Assembly: GCA_951406725.2 (NCBI GenBank)
Contig: OX597831.1
Span: 5,704,001 to 5,768,000, forward strand
Origin: Octopus vulgaris
Taxonomy: Eukaryota
Reading direction: 5' to 3'
Length of the DNA: 64,000 bases
Shown: positions 12,330 through 25,432 of the stretch, one piece after another
Position numbering within the stretch: the first letter of the stretch is position 1
Layout: each line of letters opens with the position of its first letter
Notes under the pieces: model-generated
What the model was told of the DNA's origin: nothing
Databases searched by the model: none
What the model saw: only the letters and a program-made list of their open reading frames with translations
Made by a program: the position numbers and the translations under genes

Positions 12330-13952
12330 TATGTTTGTGTGTCTGTTTTTGTCCCCCTAGCATCGCTTGACAACCGATGCTGGTGTGTTTACGTCCTCGT
12401 CACTTAGCAGTTCGGCAAAAATTTACTGGATGATTAAGCTTGAGAGTAGGATGTGTTCAAAAGGCCATCTCTACATGAGATATAGTAATGCATGCAAAGC
12501 AGACCATTGTTCAGCATGCATTGGAACAGAGTCGAGAGAGAACAGAACAACAAACTATCAATCTCGGTCATTGTGAAGACAAGAGTGACAAAAGGAGCAG
12601 AAGACAGGGGTTGGCTTTGGGCACAAAAAATAAATAAATAAATAAAAGCAAAGGTGGAAGGCATCAACTCTACACAGCAACAGAAGTTCTCATTTACAGA
12701 GTCAGCAACAAGGAACAACACTTTTAACATTTCTAGCATTTAAACTGGACTTGTCTGGCCAAAATAAGCAATCACATCATCAAAGCTAACACCGGAGACT
12801 AGCAGAGGCCCGCAGCTCACAAGGCATCCAAACTATGCTGGCATGGAAAACGGACATCAAATGTTGATGATGATGATGATGATGATGATAACGATGATGA
12901 TGATGATGATGTGATGATGATCATAATGATAATGATGGTGATGGTGGTGGCGGTGATGTGTCATGTCTTCTTTCAAGTTAGAATTTTCAGTTAGACAAAT
13001 ATATAAGATCCGTGAGCGAAATTGTTGCCAAGGTGAACTTGAGCAGAGCTGACTAAAGCTTTTGAAAGACACTGCAAAGGAAAAAATTATGAAGCAGTTG
13101 GCAGTAAAAGAAGAGATTATATTACTGGTGGACAGATTTTTGGCATTAAATTGGTAATAAAACTTATAAAGTTCTTAAACAAGACTAGCTCTCCTTAATC
13201 GTGTTCTTATTAAAAAGCTTATAATGTAATTTATCAAGAAATGAAAAGAAATTAAAGAAGTCTCTAGCAGTATAAGGACAGACATTCGGACTAACTACGG
13301 ATTATATGATACACCTTTATCAGCTTTTATGCTTGGTTGTAATGAAGTTCATGAAGTATATTTTTATCTGTGAAATCATTATTACTTAGTGCCTCGTTAA
13401 AATAGTGATAAGACTGGATTTTTTTTTATTTGCTACAGTAATTCAAAAAACACTGAGTAAATAAAAAACTTGGTGAAGGGTTTTCAGGTAGTACCCACCA
13501 TAGCCTGGAGTGGAGAGCATTGTTTTTTCTTGTACCTTAATGTGTTTGTTCTTTTATTAACCTTTGAAATCAGGACAACCTTTCTGCTGCACTCTGCACA
13601 TTACTACATATCTTTCATGTTTTCTCTCAAGGGAATAGAGTCTCAGTTCTTTTAGCCTTTCTCAGTAGTTCACCATTGCACTGAAGCAATCTTCTAAAGG
13701 TAGTGGCATTGGATTGTCCTAAGTTCCACTGCTAGTTTGAAGCTTTGAGGTATCCATAACCAGGAGAAGTAGTCCAAGCAACTGAGAACAAATGTTCTCT
13801 CTGAGATCAGCACTGCATCAATTTTATCCATGTTCTGAATATAACTGTTATCTGCATATAACTGTCTTCTATATAATATACACAAGGAATGATACATTAT
13901 TACACATGTGGATTCTCAGAACACACACCAACTGTATGAATACAGACATATA

Positions 13953-14517
13953 TTGGGTTGTCCGAAAAGTTCGTGCCGATTTTTAAAGGAAAGAAAAAGG
14001 TCAATAAATACTTGTCATTACATTTTTAACCAACCAAATATGAACCATTTTGCTGTACAATGCATCTCCATCTTTCTTTTAACTTGAAAATACCCTCTTC
14101 CCAGAATTGAGGTGGTTTCATGGCAAAGAATTCATCAAGGTATCTTTTTACGTCATCCAAGGAATTGGAATTTTTACCATCAAGACTATTCTGCAGAGAC
14201 CTGAATAAATGGAAACCTGAAGGAGCAATATCTGGTGAATATGGAGGGCGGTGTAACACATCCCAGCCAAGCTGCAGCAATTTTTATCTGGTTCCCAAAG
14301 ATCAAATGCCAAAAATGAACTTTCTTATCTTCCATTTTAAAGGGTTACAGAATTAACACAGGTTATAGGAACATAAACCTTCTTCCATGAAAAGATAGCT
14401 TAAACTGTGCTCTAAATGGAGGTGTAGTCAAATCTTATTTTATGGACTCAAACATATTCTAAAATAAGTCGAAAGGTAAGCTGCTATAAATCGGCACAAA
14501 CTTTCCAGACAACCCAA
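13953..14517 (-). mobile_element. Internally deleted mariner transposon with TIRs and TA TSD
   Basis: TIRs ttgggttgtccgaaaagttcgtgccgattt / aaatcggcacaaactttccagacaacccaa with TA at both ends. ORF 14026-14280 encodes the mariner C-terminus LGWDVLHRPPYSPDIAPSGFHLFRSLQNSL...GIFKLKERW. Confidence 0.92.
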
Positions 14518-15519
14518 TACATGTAAATGTACGCATACATGCTTGCATTGTTATTTATCAGCTTCCATGCTTGGTCATACAATTTGAGGGGATCTGAAAA
14601 GATCGGACGACTGCATCAGGCTTCAATGTCTACTCACCTTTCCTATGGTTGTATGGCCTTTCTGACACCAACCACTTTACAGGCTAAGGACTACAAATGA
14701 ACCCCCCTACCTGATAACTGACAGGGTAGGGAAGAGAATATAAATGAGAATAGGTGTTGATTGTAAGGGGGAAAGTGAAGAATGGGGGTGTACAGCAGGG
14801 AAGAAAGAGAACAGGAAGGGATTAATGACCGGGTTGAGCAAAAAGAAGTGATGGGGTTAACACAAAACCCTTACACAACCTGCTATATTTATAGTAGGTT
14901 GTGTGAGGGGGTTTCTGAGGCTTTCCAAAATTATAAGGGGTGAGTATACAGGTATGAATGTGTGTGTGTGTGTATGTGTGTGCATGCATCTTTCATCTTT
15001 CACTTGTTTTAGTTATTAGACTGTGACCATGCTGGAGCAACACCTTGAACAATTTTAGTTGAATGAATCGACACCAGGACTTATTTTTTAAGCCTGATTC
15101 TTATTCAATTGGTCTCTTTTGTTGAACTGCTACGTTACAGGGATGTAACGTGGTGCAAGTGGTGCAAGTGGGAGAAAAAACAGAGACACAAAGACACACA
15201 CTTAGAAACATATATATACATCATCATCATCATCGTTTATCGTCCGCTTTCCATGCTAGCATGGGTTAGACGATTTGATTGAGGACTGGCGAACCAGATG
15301 GCTGCACCAGGCTCCAATCTGATCTGGCAGAGTTTCTACAGCTACACAATGGGTTTCTTTCAGTTTCTGTTTACCAAATCCACTCACAAGGTTTTGATTG
15401 ACCCAAGGCAATAGCAGAAAACATTTGCCTAAGGTGCCACACAGTAGGATTGAACCTGGAACAATGTGGTAGGAAACAAACTTCTTACCACACAACCACG
15501 CTTACACCTATATTTCTAC

Positions 15520-15561
<42 letters not shown>

Positions 15562-15837
15562 ATCATCATCATCATCATTTAACATCCATTTTCCATGCTG
15601 GTATGGGTTGGATGCTTTGACCAGACTTGGCAAGCCAGAGAGCAACACCTGGCCCCACTGCCTGCTTTGGCCCGATTTCTACGACCGGATGCCTGTCTGA
15701 ATGCCAACCACTTTACAGGGTGCACTGGGAGCTTCATATGTGGCACCTGCATGCATGCTTTGCATGTGGCACCAGCGTGGGTAATTTATGCATGGCACCA
15801 GTACAGGTGCTTTTTATGAGGCACCAAAACAGCTCGT

Positions 15838-16650
15838 GTGTATAATGTATGTATGTTTGTGTATGTGCATGTGTATATCACTATGTATGCATGTGTATAT
15901 GTATGTATTTATAATTGTGTATGCATGTGTATTTGTATTAGCATGACTGTATCCGTTTATGTGTGTGTGTAAATGAGCATGTATATATATGCATGGGCAA
16001 GTGTATGTATACGTGAATATATGTATGTAAATGTATGTGTGTATGTAAATGTGGTCAGGCATGCATGTACATAAGAGCATGTAAATAAGTATGTATGTAT
16101 GTTGCATGTATACACATATGTATATATATATATGTATGTATGTATTATGTATGTATGTTGCATGTATATACATATGTATGTATGTTGCATGCATGTATGT
16201 ATGTATGTTGCATGCAGGTATGTATGTATGTAGCATGTATATACGTATGTATGTATGTATATTGCATGCATATAGGTATGTTGCATGCATGTATGTATGT
16301 ATGTTGCATGCAGGTATGTATGTATGTATGTAGCATGTATATACATATGTATGTATGTTGCATGTATATAAGTATGTATGTATGTTGCATTTATATACGT
16401 ATGTATGTTGCATGTATATACATATGTATGTATGTTGCATGTATGTATATACGTATGTATGTATGTATGTGTGTATGTATGTTGCATGTATGTATGTATG
16501 TATGTATGTATGTATGTATGTATGTATGTGTGTATGTTGCATGTATGTATGTATGTTGCATGTATATACGTATGTATGTATGTATGTATGTATGTATGTA
16601 TGTATGTATGTATGTACGTACGTATGTATGTAAGTATGTACGTATGTATG

Positions 16651-16682
<32 letters not shown>

Positions 16683-16732
16683 TGTATGTATGTATGTATG
16701 TATGTATGTATGTATGTATGTATGTATGTATG
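15838..16732. repeat. (TATG)n and degenerate tetranucleotide microsatellite
   Basis: Direct inspection. Confidence 0.95.
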
Positions 16733-17004
16733 CCTGTCTTTTCCTCCTGATTGGTGTTTTATTGATTATTTTAACCAATCATCTGTTGGGTAATGAAGAT
16801 GTAAACAAAGTCTAGATTTTTTTTTTAAAGTGTCTCCTTCTTTTCATCCTCCTCTTTACTACCATTCCTGCTTCCAATTCAAAGCTGCTGTACACTTTTA
16901 TTACTGCAGATACCATTATCACGCAGAGTATAGGAAGGAATTATGCAGAAGCATTCTTTCTCCAAGAATCTAAGTTCAGCCATACTTCAATCTTGGGAGG
17001 TTAG

Positions 17005-17145
17005 CTATGCATGCATGCATGTATGTATGTATGTATGTATGCATGCATGCATGTATGTATGTATGTATGCATGCATGCATGTATGTATGTATTGGGAGGG
17101 GGGTGTATATACATGTATCTAGACATGTGTATATGTATATGTGTG

Positions 17146-17204
<59 letters not shown>

Positions 17205-17324
17205 ACACATAGGTATGAATGTAAATATGTATATATACATGTACATTTAGATGCACATATACAAATATGTATGTGTGCATTTATATATATATATATATAT
17301 ACTTATATATACATATATATATAT

Positions 17325-17367
<43 letters not shown>

Positions 17368-17398
17368 TATATATATACACACATATATATACACATAT

Positions 17399-17441
<43 letters not shown>

Positions 17442-17520
17442 TACACACACACATATATATATATATACACATATATACACACACACAGACACACACACAC
17501 ACATATATTATATACATATA
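17005..17520. repeat. Compound (TATG)/(TA)/(TG)/(CA) microsatellite
   Basis: Direct inspection. Confidence 0.9.
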
Positions 17521-17525
17521 CAGAG

Positions 17526-17908
17526 TGGAGGTGCAATGGCCCAGTCGTTAGGGCAGCAGACTCGCAGTCAGGGGATGGAGGTTTCGATTCCCAGACCGGG
17601 CATTGTGAGAGTTTATTGAGCGAAAACACCTAAAGCTCCACGAGGCTCCAGCAAGGGCTGGTGATGCACCCTGCTGTACTCTTTCACCACAACTTTCTCT
17701 CGCTCTTTCTTCCAGTTTCTGTTGTACCTGTATGTATTTCAAAAGGCCAGCCTTGTCACACTCTGTGTCATGCTGAGTCTCCTTGAGAACTACGTTAAGG
17801 GTACACATGTCTGTGGAGCGCTCAGCCACTTGCACTTTAATTTCTCAAGCAGGCTGTTCCATTGATCGGATCAACTGGAACCCTCGGCGTTGCAAGCGAC
17901 GGAATGCC
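17526..17908 (+). mobile_element. Full-length SINE family C
   Basis: Colinear with 45233-45617 from the tRNA-like head to the cgacggaatgcc 3' end. Confidence 0.9.
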
Positions 17909-17914
17909 TCAAAG

Positions 17915-18067
17915 TATATATTTATATTTATATATATATTTTTTATATATATTTATATTTATATATTTTTTATATATATTTATATTTTTATATTTATATA
18001 TATATTTATATCTTTATATTTTTATATATATTTATATATATATATTTTTATATATATTATATTTTTA

Positions 18068-18123
<56 letters not shown>

Positions 18124-18336
18124 TTTTATATATATTTATATTTTTATATTTTTATATATATTTATATATATATATTTTTATATATATATTTTTTATATAT
18201 ATTTATATTTATATATATTTTTATATATATTTATATTTATATATTTTTTATATATATTTATATTTATATATTTTTTATATATATTTATATTTATATATTT
18301 TTTATATATATTTATATTTATATATATTTATATATA

Positions 18337-18382
<46 letters not shown>

Positions 18383-19067
18383 TATAAATATTTATATATG
18401 TGTGTATGTGAGAGTGTATGTGTGTGTGTGTGTATGTATATATGTATGTATGTATGTGTATGGAGGTATGTATGGGGGAGTGCCTATTCATATATGTATA
18501 TAGATATATGTAGTTAGGAATTTCAGTAACACAAAGTTAAAAATAAAACCTCTGACGTATTTAATGACACAGATTCTATTGATGGTGGCGGTGGTGGTGG
18601 TGGTGGTGGTTTCGGCGGTGTTGGTGGTGGTGTTGGTGGTGACGGTGCAGGACATTTTAAAATCACATTCAAGCTGGTAAACATATTATATGTGGTGATG
18701 GTGGTGGTGGTGGTGGTGGGTGGTCGCCACGGTGGCGGTGAGGAAACGGCAATGCTGATGTGAAAGAAAAAGAGGTGGAGTAGGAGGAGACGAGAGACTG
18801 TAGTGGGAGGAACAGACAGAAGTATTTTATCAATGTTCTCTGTGTTCCTTTAATACACATGTACACATAAATAAACACACACACACATATATATATATAT
18901 GCATATATGCATATATGTGTATGCATATATGTATGCATACACATAAATACATATATATATATATATACACAAACATACATATATATAAATAGATACATAT
19001 ACACACATATATACATATGTGACGTCCTGTACCCATATATGCATATGTGTGTGTGTGTGTGTGTGTA

Positions 19068-19121
<54 letters not shown>

Positions 19122-19157
19122 CATTATTTAACTGATCATGATGCACCCATTTCCAAG

Positions 19158-19220
<63 letters not shown>

Positions 19221-19237
19221 TTAGATAAATTGATAAA

Positions 19238-19279
<42 letters not shown>

Positions 19280-19385
19280 CACACACACGTATAAACATAT
19301 GCATATATGTACATATATATATGCATACACATATATAAACATATATATACACACGTATATATACATATATATATATATATATATT
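17915..19385. repeat. AT-only low-complexity tract (17915-18400) followed by (GGT)n, (TA)n, (CA)n and (GA)n microsatellites
   Basis: Direct inspection. Confidence 0.9.
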
Positions 19386-19429
19386 CTTTTCTGTTGGGGC
19401 AATTGAAATCGGAATTGAAATTGAACCAA

Positions 19430-19902
19430 TCCTATGACTGGCACCCAGCAGTTGCCAGTGTCGCTGGACTGACTCCTGAGCAGGTGACAAGTAAAGAAAC
19501 ACCGTTTCGACCCTGTGCTTGAGGAGACCTATTTAGTCAAGTACATCAACATCAAAAATCAACGGAAATTGTAGTTGTGATCCCTGTGCCGATGGCACGT
19601 AAAAAGCACCATCCGAACGTGGGTGATGCCAGCGCCGCCTTGACTGGCTTCCATGCCAGTGGCACGTAAAAAGCACCAACCGATCGTAGCCATTGCCAGC
19701 CTCACCTGGCACCTGTGCCGGCGGCACATAAAAAGCACCCACTACACTAATGGAGTGGTTGGTGTTAGGAAGGACATCCAGCTGTAGAAACACTGCCAGA
19801 TCAGACTGGAGCCTGGTGCAGCCTTCTGGCTTCCCAGATCCCGGTCGAACCGTCCAACCCATGCTAGCATGGAAAACGGACGTTAAACGATGATGATGAT
19901 GA
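19430..19902 (+). mobile_element. Family D repeat: RTE-type 3' end or RTE-dependent SINE with (GAT)n tail
   Basis: ggtgttaggaaggacatccagctgtagaaac...catgctagcatggaaaacggacgttaaac(gat)n. Other copies at ~7215, 15220, 15560, 20737, 33628, 36668, 40243, 42210, 53498, 57745. Confidence 0.8.
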
Positions 19903-20630
19903 TTCTTTTCTATTCCAGTTACAAGACCCGAAATTTTGAGGGAGGAGGCCAGTCAATTAGACCAACCCCAGTATGCAACTGGTACTTAATTTATCAACCC
20001 CAAAATGATGATAGGCAAAGTCAACCTCGGCGGAATTTGAACTCAGAACGTAAAGACAGACAAAATACCGCTAAGCATTTCACTCGGCGTTCGAACACAC
20101 ACACACACACACACATATATGTTATATACATTCATACATACATACATAGACACACAGCTTTTCTTTCCAGCACACCCTGAAAATGTGACTATATCCTAAT
20201 TTCATCTTTTCCATTAATATTTCTCATATCTGCATAACAGACCCTTGGAACTATAAATCTCTAAACTCATACCACTATGTTTCTAGACCACCTCTGCCTC
20301 ATTTTCAGGACACAGGGTGGTTGTTGGCTTCTGTACTGCCACTTTTATAGTCACTGGCTAATGTTTATACAGATTTTCCTACATAGTTTTACTGTGCGAA
20401 TGCTAGAGCTTGTATATATCTGCAATATGCTGTTAATAAGGATGTTTTTGATCTTCTTCTGCTTGCATTGTATTACTAGCATCTGTTTATGGTTTGATGT
20501 ATCTTGTTTTCTTTTATTAGATTTTTCATTATATGTTCATCTGTTCTGTACCTGGTATGCATTTGATAAACATAATACTCTTTGTGTGTTCCAAATGTAC
20601 TTTACATAATTCTATCACCTAATACATCTT

Positions 20631-20663
<33 letters not shown>

Positions 20664-20686
20664 CTATGTGTATCTATATCTATCTA

Positions 20687-20740
<54 letters not shown>

Positions 20741-21154
20741 TGGCATGTAAAAAGCACCATTCGAGCATGGTCGATGCCAGTGCCACCTGACTGGCTCCCA
20801 TGCCGGTTGCATGTAAAAAGCACCATCCGAGGGTGGTCATTGCCGGTGCCACCTTACTGGGCCCCTGTGCCAGTGTCACATAAAATACACCCACTACACT
20901 CTCGGAGTAGTTGGTGTTAGGAAGGGCATCCAGATGTAGAAACCTTGCCAGAACAGATTGGAGCCTGGCACAGCCCTCTGGCTTGCCAGCCCTCAGTCAA
21001 ACCGTCCAACCCATGCCAGCATGGAAAGCGGACGTTAAAAGATGACGACGATGATGAACACACACACACACAAACACATTCATGAGCTTTGACTATTGAG
21101 AGGACATGTGAAGGCCTGGAAGGAATGAAGCCAGCATGTTCCATTGAATGGGTA

Positions 21155-21419
21155 ATGTAAGTAATTCATTTATTATGAAATATAATAATACGCCCACAGG
21201 CATATGGTGTAGCGGTTAAGAGCACGGACTACTAACCCCAAGATTCTGAGTTCGATGTTGTTGTTATTATTATTATTATCATTATTATTACTATTATTAT
21301 TCAGGTCACTGCCTGGAATCCAACCCGGAATCTTGGGGTTAGTAGTCCGTGCTCTTAACCACTACACCATATGCCTGTGGGCATATTATTATATTTCATA
21401 ATAAATGAATTACTTACAT
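21155..21419. repeat. ~100-bp-arm inverted repeat built from a tRNA-like SINE head plus inverted flank
   Basis: 21155-21256 is the near-perfect reverse complement of 21318-21419; same family as 56176-56444. Confidence 0.9.
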
Positions 21420-21482
21420 GCAAAATATCCTTCAAAATAATGCAGAATTAAGCACAGACACATGTGTGTGTTTATGTGTGTG

Positions 21483-21521
<39 letters not shown>

Positions 21522-21533
21522 ATGCGTGTGTGT

Positions 21534-21885
21534 ATCTGGAAGATCCTGGAAGGAATTGTGCCAAATTTTGGCATTGAAAGCTACACCAATGCCAAAACGG
21601 GATGACACTGCATAGTGCCAAAGATCCCAGCAACGCCATCGTGCTTCAGGACCAGTTACTGCAACAGCCTGGGTTTCAGGGGCCCACAGCTTTTTAATAT
21701 TCTCCCAAAGAGTCGAGAGAGTCCCAGATGAACCTACCCCACAGCAAGAGGTGCAAATGAGGGTAGCTATATCAAACTCCATTCTTCACCAAGTGCCACA
21801 TATTAGAGGAGGCTCTCAGTAATAACAGTGCAGCAAAACGGCGGTGCATCAGCATGGCCACAGCTCTGATCTGAAACTAGAGAGA
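21534..21885 (+). mobile_element. CR1-like LINE 3' fragment (ORF2 C-terminus plus 3' tail), pseudogenised
   Basis: Translates WKILEGIVPNFGIESYTNAKTG*HCIVPKIP...YCNSLGFRGPQLFNILPK..VPDEP, typical of invertebrate CR1-group ORF2 ends; in-frame stop. Confidence 0.7.
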
Positions 21886-22280
21886 ATATATATATATATA
21901 TATATCTCAGGAAATTACATCTGCATTATTATGGATACATTCACCCTCTCTGTGAATAACATCTTTCTTCATATCTCCGGAAATTACATCTGCATTATTA
22001 TGGATAGATTTACCTTCTCTGAGAAGTTAACAATCATTTAAAAACCTTTTATAAAATTGTGCATCATTAGAAAACATTTTAAGTCTGCTTATAATCTAAC
22101 TTTGAATTTCATAGAACTCTCTTCGATACTTCATGAGGGTAGCCTCACTCCCTAGGATGTTTGGAAAACTCATATGTGTTTTGGCTGATGAATACGGGAC
22201 ATTTGTATTTGCTGCAATATTTGCAGCTTTAAATAAAACTGTTCTTCGTATGAAACAATTGTACTGAACAACTAATCCAC

Positions 22281-22410
22281 CAGAATTCTGGTGCATCTAA
22301 ATTAAGTACCATATTCATTTGAATCTAAATTTTTTATATATATATATTGATTATGTATTGATTAAGTCTTTCCTTGTTTGTTTTGCAAAGTAGTGGTTTT
22401 GTCTCTAATA

Positions 22411-22464
<54 letters not shown>

Positions 22465-22677
22465 TATATATATAAGTTCAGCAAAAATTTAGATTCAAAT
22501 GAATATGGTACTTAATTTAAATGCACCAGAATTCTGTATGGTGTTATCCATAAAAATCCGTGAGGTGATTATAATCAAAATAAGCAACAAGAATGACTCC
22601 GGTAATTTGGTACGATAATTTTGGTACGATATCGTACCAAATTACCGGAGTCATTCCTGTTGCTTATTTTGATTATA
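22281..22677. repeat. Two adjacent fold-back structures (22281-22334/22483-22536 around (TA)n; palindrome 22570-22677)
   Basis: The arms are near-exact reverse complements. Confidence 0.88.
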
Positions 22678-23243
22678 TATATATATATATCATCATTGTT
22701 CTAATGTTCACTTTTCCATGCTTGCAAAGTTCCGACAGAGTTTACTTAGACGGATTTTCTATGGAAGGAATGCTCTTCCTGTCACCAATCCTTACTCTGT
22801 TTTTAAACAAGGTTATATTTCCCTTAAGGCCAGACATGTTTTTGCAGAGTATCAGAAATGAATGGATACTATTTGTATGGTAATGACAATCGTTTGACAA
22901 CTTTCACATGACATCATGTCAAGACAACACACACACACACACACACATATGCACCTGACTATGTGTGTGTGTGTGTGTATGCATGTATTTGCATGTATGC
23001 ATATATACATGTATAAATGTATGCATGTGTGCACGAATGTGTGTGTGGGTATGCATGCATCTATGTATGTGTATGCGGATGTCTGTATATGTGTTAAGTA
23101 TATTCCATTAAATTAGGGTTGTTAAAGCCACCATCATCATCATCATCATCGTCGTCGTCATCGTCATCAACAACACAAACATTAATGTCTGCAGTGTACC
23201 ACACCAACCACCATCGCCATACTACCACACAAACACACACGTA

Positions 23244-23277
<34 letters not shown>

Positions 23278-23367
23278 GTGATGGCAGTTCACGAGAAACA
23301 GGGGTGGGGGCGAGTTGTGAAAATGCAACAACAGAACAATCTGCAGAAAGAGAGTGAATGTGTAAGG

Positions 23368-23391
23368 GTAGTAGTAGTGGTGGTGGTGGTG

Positions 23392-23448
<57 letters not shown>

Positions 23449-23541
23449 ATGGTGATAGTGGTGGTAGTAGTAATGGTTGTAGTGGTGGTGGTGGTAGTAG
23501 TAGTGATGGTGGTGATAGTGGTGGTAGTAGTAATGGTTGTG

Positions 23542-23598
<57 letters not shown>

Positions 23599-23601
23599 AT
23601 G

Positions 23602-23652
<51 letters not shown>

Positions 23653-23670
23653 ATGGTGGTGATAGTGGTG

Positions 23671-23705
<35 letters not shown>

Positions 23706-23748
23706 GATGGTAGTAGTAGTAGTGGTAGTAGTAGTAGTGATGGTAGTG

Positions 23749-23780
<32 letters not shown>

Positions 23781-23790
23781 GATGGTAGTG

Positions 23791-23826
<36 letters not shown>

Positions 23827-23895
23827 GAAGTAGTAGTAGTAGTAATGGTGATGGTAGTGGTGGTGGCGGTGGTGGTGGTGGTAGTAGTAGTTGTT
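23368..23895. repeat. (GTA/GTG)n trinucleotide tract
   Basis: Direct inspection. Confidence 0.95.
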
Positions 23896-24366
23896 TGACT
23901 TAGTTTTTTTTTCGTGGAATTTGTTATAATATTTGATTTCAGTTATTTTCATGAAGGCAGCGGAAGTGTCGGAGTGGAGGGAGGGAGGAGGAAAGATAGG
24001 GGAAAGTTGAGGGGTTGAGAAGGAGACAAAGAGAGGGAGAGCAAGAGAGAAAGGGGAAGTCGATATATACGACGAGAGAAGGGGAGGAGTGAGAGAGAGA
24101 AAAAGCAAAAAAAAAAAAGACAAGAGAGCCGATGCGATACACACACATATATAAATAGAGGAGAGGATTGAAAAGAGGGGTTTTACTGGTTCTGGAGATT
24201 TCTGCATCTATTTATAGGATAAATTTAAACGATTGCTCTCTCTCTCTCTCCCTCTCTCACTCTCCCTCTGTCTCTCTTTCTGTCTCTCCCCCCGTCTTCC
24301 CCCACACCTCTCTTTTGAAGCAATGAAACTTTTAACAGATGTTATTTGAGGATCGTAAGAATACAG

Positions 24367-24895
24367 CCACCACCACCACCACTGACGCAACCATCACCAC
24401 CACCACCACTGACGCAACCACCACCACCACCACCACTGACGCAACCATCACCACCACCACCACCACTGACGCAACCATCACCACCACCACCACTGACGCA
24501 ACCATCACCGCCACCACCACTGACGCAACCATCACCACCACCACCACTGCCATTGCCATCACCACAAAAGCCACCATCGTCACCACCACTACTACTGCCA
24601 CTGCCATTACCACCACCACCACTGCCACCACCACCACTACCACCGTCACCACCACTGTTACAGCCATCACCACCACAACTACAACCACCACCACTACTAC
24701 AACCACCATTACTACAACCACCACAGCCACTGCCATCACCGCCACCACTACCATCACCATCACCACCACCACCATCACTACCACCACTACAACCACCACC
24801 ACCACCACCACCACCACAACCACTACAACCACCACCATCACCACCAATATCACTGCCATCACCACCACAACCACCACCATCACCACCACCATTGC
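24367..24895. repeat. (CAC/TAC)n trinucleotide tract with cactgacgcaac subrepeat
   Basis: Direct inspection. Confidence 0.95.
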
Positions 24896-25265
24896 TATCA
24901 TGTATGTGTTTGAGTGTGGGTGTTCGTATTTACAAACATACAACATCACCACCATCATCATCATCATCATCAGCGTTGTCATTGTTACTGTTTTAACGTC
25001 CGCATTTCCATGCCTGCATGGATCGGGAGGAGCTTATCGAGAAAGACTCTGGATGCCTTTCTTGTCGCCATCCCTCACTCTTTTCCAAGCAAAGTAATTA
25101 TTCCCTCGTGGTCAGACATTCATTCACAACAATCATATGAGGTCAAGACAAGAACATACAAAACATACATACACACACACACAAACATACACACACATAC
25201 ACACAAACATATACACACAAACGTACACACACATACACACAAACATGCACACACACACACACACA

Positions 25266-25432
25266 CACGAGTGGTTGCGTGGTAAGAAGTTTGTTTCCCA
25301 ACTGCAAGGTTCTGTCATCTCACGAGTGGTTGCGTGGTAAGAGGTTTGTTTCCCAACTGCAAGGTTCTGTCATCTCACGAGTGGTTGCGTGGTAAGAAGT
25401 TTGTTTCCCAACTGCAAGGTTCTGTCATCTCA
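25266..25432 (+). repeat. Three 55-bp tandem copies of a SINE family A head
   Basis: Units start at 25266, 25321 and 25376 (cacgagtggttgcgtggtaag...). Confidence 0.9.

Noticed and set aside
15814-19522. MYVC/HTYI/YI-repeat ORFs
   Set aside because: Artefacts of (TATG)n and (TA)n microsatellites; the same applies to 31962-32691, 43214-43879 and the poly-I ORFs at 9223-9941.
21198-21258. tRNA gene
   Set aside because: A and B boxes are present but the acceptor stem is incomplete; it is a SINE head, like those at 10994, 17526, 45233 and 51027.
23119-25097. Long poly-V/S/G/T/P/H ORFs (mucin- or extensin-like)
   Set aside because: Translations of trinucleotide microsatellites open in several frames on both strands; no gene structure.
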